Positions 57,819-64,000 of a stretch of 64,000 nucleotides of DNA are shown here, piece by piece. The notes under the pieces were generated by a model, which did no database searches, was not told where the DNA came from, and saw nothing but the letters and a program-made list of their open reading frames with translations. This DNA comes from Vicugna vicugna (lineage: Eukaryota): assembly GCA_013265495.1 (NCBI GenBank), contig MU057887.1, forward strand, positions 2,389,576 to 2,453,575, read 5' to 3'. The number at the start of each line of letters is the position of its first letter. Within the stretch, counting starts at the first letter, position 1. Both the position numbers and the translations under genes were made by a program.

Positions 57819-60219
57819 GCCTGCTGACTTCCCCTCCATTTCACTCTTGTTTTAACGTTTTCTACGGACGATGCTCCCATCCACTGCCTGCCGCGGGGTC
57901 TCGGGCTGGGGGAGGGGTCAAGGTGTCAGCGGCAGTGGCATCTGCTGTCGGACAGGAAAGCAAGGCCGACCCCCAGAACTAACTCTCGCAGTGAACCTGG
58001 GCCCCGGCCACACCGCGTTCCTGGTGCCAGCCTGCTGAGCGCGCACTCCCCTTCCCCCCATCAGTCCGCTTGGCGGATCAGCTAGCGCAGGCCCCGCCCC
58101 TCGGCCGGAGGGTTACTTGCCCCTTTGGCGGATGAGGTCCTGAGGCTCAGGGGGCTGCTAAGTCCCGGGACGGCCTTGGGGCCCAGCCTGCTGCCCCCAG
58201 GGCCGGCCTGTCCCCACCAGCCCACCGCCGCCCCCTGTGGCCGAGCGGGGCCCCCCTTGTGGCCTCACCAGTGGGCTCGCCCGGGTGCTTGGGGATTTCT
58301 CCGCAAGGTGAAGCCCTTCCCTGTGCGCTCAGGGGGAGAGGGCGGAGGTGCAGGGCTGGCTGCCCTCCCCAGTTACAGGACCGCCGTGCTGCGGACGAAG
58401 CCTGGCGGAGGTGGTCCCAGAGGGCTGGAGGGCAGCCAGGGGGCCAGGCCCACGCGAGGCACTGCCGGGGCCGTCCATCTCGCCTAATCAGATCAGCCTG
58501 GCAGCCCAGATTTGTCAGAGATGTCTGGCCGTGTCCCCATCAGATTGGTGACAATATGCTGTCCTGTTCCCCAAAGCCACTTGGCCAGAGCGATGGCTGG
58601 GGCAGGACAGCAACCTGGTGCTGTTGGGCTGGGAAGGAGGCTGAGGCCAGATTCCCAAAGTCCTTAAACGCCAAGCCAGGGATGCTGTCCAGGATCACGT
58701 GGCACCAGATCCCCTGCCGTAGCCAGATGACACGGGCCACGCTGATTCTGGTGATTCCAGAGCTGGAAGCCACTTTGAACTTCATTTGCTGGCTGGGCAG
58801 GACAGCCCTGGAGCTGGTCTGAGAGCGCCAGCAGGGTCCTAGGGAGGCTGGCCGCCTTCCTCTGCAGCCCGTGCAAATCCTAAAACCTCGGCCTGTGACA
58901 GTCACTTCCCCACCAGCCTGGGACAGCCTTCACTCTGCTTGAAGGTGAGTGGCGTGTGCTGTGTGTGCACTGGGTGTGCACTGAGCGTGCGCCGTGTGTG
59001 TGCTGTGTGTGCTCTGCAGAGGAAGAGCCCCCACCCCCATAGTCCTTGGCCATCTTTCTTTCCAGGAGATAAACGAGTGGGTAGGGGGCCCCCTGAGGAC
59101 CAGGGCGATGGGTCTCCCCCCATCTGGGGCGATGCAGGACTCAGGAGAAGAGTCTGGCCGTGGGCGGGGTCACGGCGAGGATGGAGACGTGCGTTGATTT
59201 AGGAGCGGCCTGCAGCCCAGACCCTAGTCTGGAGAGAGCGCACAGCCAACATGCGCTGGCTGCTCCGCCCTCCCGTCGGGTCTCCGCCTGGTCTACGGGC
59301 ACCTTCTTCTCTTTCACTATTTGCAAAGCCGAGCAGGAGTTTTAAATGCCCACCAGCCAGAGGCACCTGCTGCAGTGCCTGCATTCTGGGGGCTCCAGGA
59401 GTTCCCATTCGGAGAAGACCCGTCCCTGCCTTCGGGGCTGCAGGGGAGGGCAGGGCATGCCGGTTAAGTTTGAGTTTCAGGTGGGATGAGTGTGACCTGG
59501 AGACGGACAGGCTTCCCGTGCTGTGTTTGCTCACTCAGGCAGCTGGTCCCGGTCTCCTTGCTGGGGGAGCCGTGAGGATGGAAGTGGATTCCAGCTGTGA
59601 CTCTGGGAAGGGAAGAGACAGACAGGCCTGGAGGGGCGGAGGGAAGTCTTAGCAGGGACGGAACACTAGCAGGGAGCACACCTGTGTCCACTCCGGTCGT
59701 GGGGCTGGGGTGGGGGATGTCACACTCAGTCTTCATGCTTCTGTGTCTTCAGCTTGGCCAGCCTGAGCTGGAGTTTGATTCCTTTCACGAACCACAGAGC
59801 TACCAGGCAGCAGACGGATGGACACCGTGGGGCCTCCCGGCTCTGGAACGCTGGGCTTCCCTCCTGGAAGAGGAAGGGGGCACAGGAGGCAGGCGGGTGG
59901 AGGCTCTCCTGTGAGACCGAGGGGCCCTTCCTGCTGATCCTGCTGGTGAACGAGACCGCGGCCGGGGCAAGGGTGAGTCACAGACGAGCCAACTGTGCAT
60001 CCTTTGCCCCCTCCCCCGTCTCCTGTCCAAGGAGATGCTTCATCAAACCCAGGTCTTAAAGAATAACTTTCCAACAGGCGTCCTCGTGGAGAAGTAAGCC
60101 CCCTGGCCCCGGAAGCATTCCAGAAGGTGCTTGGGTGAACGAGTAGAAAAAAATGTCCCCTGAGGGCTTGGCGTAAAAGCCCTCTGGGGCAACTCCAGCT
60201 TCTAGGTGCAGTCACTCAA

Positions 60220-60900
60220 CCACCCACCATCCACCCAGTTATCCATCATCCACCCATCCATCCATCCAAGATTTATTATCAACTCCTTTGTGCGTGGCTA
60301 GTGCATCTGGGAACGCACATTTATTTGTACCAACCTTGGAGGAGCCATCCAGCGAGAGGTGGGGAGACGAATGGATAAACAGATAAACAGTGACAGGCAA
60401 GACTCACTATTTACAAACTTCAGGAGTGCAAGGTCCAGGCCCGGGTCCCTGATCTGAGCATTCATCGTGATTATTTGATGAGCAGATGAACACATGCAGT
60501 GCATGTCCTGACCAGCCAGGGCTCGGAGTCCAGCCCCATGTGGCCCTGCACAAATCCCGGGCCTCCTCCCTGACCCTCAGGGGCCTCATCCACGGGATGG
60601 ACATTAAAATGCATACTTGGCAGTGTGATGTTAAGCGTTGGAATGACACGTGTGACACTGTCACCCGGTAATTGCTGGTGTTGGAATGATGGTGGCAATC
60701 ATTGCTGTGGGACCTACGGGAACCAGGGCACAGCGGGACAGGGTCTGGAGGACGAGTCGGCTCTGAGCAGTGCGTGGAGGGGTCAGGAGCAGGATCCGGT
60801 CAGAGGTGGAGTCTGCCGTCAAGAGTGGGTCTGGAGCTCAGCCCTCGGAACTGCAGAGATCAGACAGGAGGTGAGAGGGTGAGAGCAGATGAGGGAGGGG
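60220..60900 (-). mobile_element. LINE-2 3' end, starting with a (CCAT)n tract
   Basis: catccatccatccaagatttattatcaactcctttgtgcgtggc...ggagccatccagcgagaggtggggagac...aaacagataaaca. Confidence 0.55.
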
Positions 60901-61611
60901 AGGAAGGTGCTTAAGCGACGGCTTGGAGCAAAACTCCACGTTTCCATCCTGTGTTTCTACAGCAGCGTGCTGGCTCAGCCCGAGTCCAAGGATCAGGTAC
61001 CGGTCTGGAAGTCAGAAGTTCCCCAGCTTGACGGCACGTGGTTTCCCCAGAGCCTGGGTGGGCAACACAGAGCGTGTCCTGAGCGGCTCCAGCCAGTCCC
61101 TGGAGGCTGCCTGGAGCCCCGCATGGGGGACGTCAAGGGGGAGCAAGACTCAGCGGGAGAGGAGCAGAGATCGATTAGTGATGTCTGCCACGGGCAGAAG
61201 CGGACAAAGCCACGTGTGCACATGCTGGTCTGGCATGATTGTGACCCTAGAGGGTTGGGCCTCTCAGTCAGACTCGCAGTGACTGGTCCCACGTGGGCAG
61301 AAGCAAAATACAGTCACTCCTCCCGGGCGACACCACTGTCCTTTCCTGTCTGGAACATTCACTTACACACAGTTCAAGTGCCTGTGTGGCCAAGATAATG
61401 CAGAGAAAGACGCCAGAAGACAGAGATCTGACCACGGTGTGGAGGTGCACACTGGTGCTGGGTGGCATCTCGTGGAGGCCAGAGGGGGCTGGTGGCCCCA
61501 CGCAGCACACAGCAGAGAGCCGGTCCTGCCGGCTGATTAGACCAAGTTGGAAGCCCCACCCCGACCACCGGGGCCCTGCCCTTCTCTGTTGGCCCCTGTC
61601 GTTCACCAGTT

Positions 61612-62130
61612 CCTTTTTATTTACTTATTTTTTATTTTTAAAAATTGAAGTATAGTCAATTACAGTGATATGGTAATTTCTGACGTACAGCATAGTAATT
61701 CATTTATACATACATACTTCTTTTAATACTCTTTTTCATTATAAGTTACTACAAGGTACTGAATCTAGTTCCCTGTGCTGTACAGTAGAAACTTGTTGTT
61801 TATCTATTTTATATATAGTAGTTGGTATCTGCAAATCCCGTACTCCCAATTTATCCCTTCCTACCCCCTTTTCCCCCAGGAACCATAAGTTTGTTTTCTA
61901 TGTCTGCGAGTCTCTTTCTGTTTTGTAAATAAGTTTGTTTATGTCATTTTTTTTAGATTCCACATGTAAGTGATATCATATAGTGTTTGTCTTTCTCTGT
62001 CTGACTTATTTCACTTAGAATGACGATCTCCAGGTCCATCCATGTTGCTGCAAATGGCATTATTTCATTCTTTTTTATGACTGAGTAGTGTTCCATTGTG
62101 TGTGTGTGTGTGTGTCTGTATAAATAACAC
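61612..62130 (-). mobile_element. Camelid-type LINE-1 3' end
   Basis: ttgaagtatagtcaattacag...gttccctgtgctgtacagtagaaacttgttg...tagattccacatgtaagtgatatcata...catgttgctgcaaatggcatt; (TG)n at ~62097-62114. Confidence 0.95.
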
Positions 62131-62254
62131 AACTTAAAAAATCACTGTTAATTAAAGAAAAACTAGATATCTCAAGTTAACACACTTAGCACTTCTCTGT
62201 GTATAGTGTGAGGTAATCAAATTAAAATGAGCTACAAGAGAGGACCCTGGCCCA

Positions 62255-62542
62255 ATCACCGGGTCCTTAGATGAGAAAGCACTGTGAAGACAGACACACA
62301 GGGAGAGGCCGTGGGACATGGGATGACAGAGGCAGAGATTGGAGTGACACGATTACGAGCCAAGGGTGCCAAGGACACAGGCACCACCAGAGGCTGGAGA
62401 GACGCCTGGGATGGGTCCTCACAGGGTTCCAGAAGGAGCCTGACTTCAGGCCCCAGGCCCCCAGACAGTGAGACTCCATTTCTGTTGCTCTAAGCTTCCA
62501 GGTCCGTGGGCCTTCGTTGTAGCTGCCGAGGAGAACCACACT
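62255..62542 (+). mobile_element. MLT1 LTR 3' part
   Basis: gacagacacacagggagaggccgtg...gaggcagagattggagtgac...gccaagggtgccaagga...caccagaggctggagagac...catttctgttgctctaagc. Confidence 0.85.
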
Positions 62543-62956
62543 GAGTAGGGCGGAAAGGCAGCCGCATACGACGCTTGACTGAATCCTCGATTTTTACAAG
62601 AAGGGCAGATGGCTGTCAGCGACGTTCTGACCAAGACTTGGGAACATTTGAACCAGGGCTGGTGGTCAGAAGGCTGCCCCCGTTTTCAGCTCCTGGGGCA
62701 GGAGGCTGCGCAGCTCTGCAGGGACACCCGGCTCCCGGCAGCCCCTGCCCCTTCTGGCAGCAAAGGGGTGTGACGTCTGCAACTTGATTTCAAATGTTTC
62801 AACAAATGAAGGAGAGAGCGAAATAAAGAGAGTGCCCTGGGACCTCAGCCCTAACAACAGGGGACGAGGCCCAGCAGGTATGGGCATTTATGCGATGGTC
62901 AGCTTTGCTTTGGATTTCAAAGTTTTGTAAAATGATTTGAGGATAAAAAGTTGAGT

Positions 62957-63358
62957 TAATGTCCATTGACAGATGACTGGATAAAGAAGTTGTGGTACAT
63001 TTATACAATGGAATACTACTCAGCCATAAAAAAGAATAAAATAATGCCATTTGCAGCAACATGGATGGGCCTGGAGATCAACATACTAAGTGAAATAAGC
63101 CAGAAAGAGAAAGAAAAATACCATATGATATCACTTATATGTGAAATCTAAAAAAAAAAGACACAAACTTATTTACAAAACAAAAAGAGACTCACAGACA
63201 TAGAAAACAAACTTATGGTCACCAAGGGGGTGGGGAAGTGAGGAGGGATAAACTGGGAGTTTGGGATTTGCAGACACTGACTACTGTACATGGAATAGGT
63301 AAACAGCGAGGTCCTGCTGTGCAGTGCAGGGACTGTATTCAATACTTTGTAACGGCCT
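62957..63358 (+). mobile_element. Camelid-type LINE-1 fragment (ORF2 C-terminus plus part of 3' UTR)
   Basis: ORF 62966-63151 DDWIKKLWYIYTMEYYSAIKKNKIMPFAATWMGLE... is the canonical L1 ORF2 C-terminus. Confidence 0.95.
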
Positions 63359-64000
63359 TTGGCATCTGGAGTGGGTGCGGGAGGTGCCCCACCTCCTCTG
63401 AACAGACAGTGGTGCTCCGCCAGCACCAGACTCGGGCAGGACTGCTTCTTACTCATCCAGCTGGACAGAAATGAGCGCAGGGCTGTGCTCTGCCCCACAC
63501 GTCTGGGAGGGGGCAGACACACACACGCGCTCACACGCACACACAGAGCTACGCCCCGCTCACAGCCGCAGCCGTGATGTGCTCCGAGACCTGTCACACC
63601 TGCTGCGTGCGGAGCCTGGTGAGTACAGAGCCCGGTGAGTTCAGACCCCGCCGTGCAGGCAGACAGGCGGCAGGGTCCTCCCGCAGGAGCCAGCCGAGCC
63701 CGTCTCCCCACGGCCTCTTCCCTCTTCCCTTTCCACCTGAGGCCTTACGGCACAGTCGTCAAAGCGGAGCCTCGGCGCAGACACCAGCTGTTGCCCTTGG
63801 CTGTGAGCATCTGCATCCTGGCCCCTGGCCCTTTGCTGTCCCACCCGAGGTCCTCAGCAAGGAGGTTTTACAGGTTTGCTTAACCCCAGGTAAGCAAAAG
63901 CGGTGTTTCCTGGAGCTCCCTCTTGGAAAGGAGTTGGAGTCAGCAAGGCTGCTCCCACCTCAAGAAGCTTCTAGAACAGTCAGGGCCTACGAAGGGATGC

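Noticed and set aside
1..64000. A novel multi-gene or prokaryote-style system (CRISPR, defence island, operon)
   Set aside because: The sequence is mammalian, repeat-rich and apparently intergenic; no repeat-spacer array, intact transposase/RT ORF or gene cluster is present.

Overview
Mammalian non-coding genomic DNA, most likely camelid (Camelus/Vicugna/Lama). This is inferred from the young LINE-1 3' UTRs and a Tigger1-derived element, and from the absence of Alu, Bov-A/Bov-tA, PRE-1 or Can-SINE elements. I find no convincing protein-coding gene, RNA gene or CRISPR array. The only ORFs with recognisable motifs are LINE-1 ORF2 fragments. The window has a GC-rich start with a CpG island (~4.0-5.5 kb), a retroelement-dense AT-rich block (~10.5-35.7 kb) containing a second CpG island (~29.4-30.5 kb), and a GC-rich, subtelomere-like second half with a third CpG island (~51.3-51.9 kb). 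That half also holds two solo LTRs and several short AT-rich, homeodomain-motif-rich cores, which suggests a developmental enhancer landscape. The clearest structural observations are: a ~240-bp local templated duplication inserted into an old L1; a twin-primed (5'-inverted) L1 with an 18-bp target-site duplication (TSD); and localized AT-to-GC substitution clusters in repeats. Repeat subfamily names come from recall of consensus sequences, not from a search. I see no support for a new biological system.
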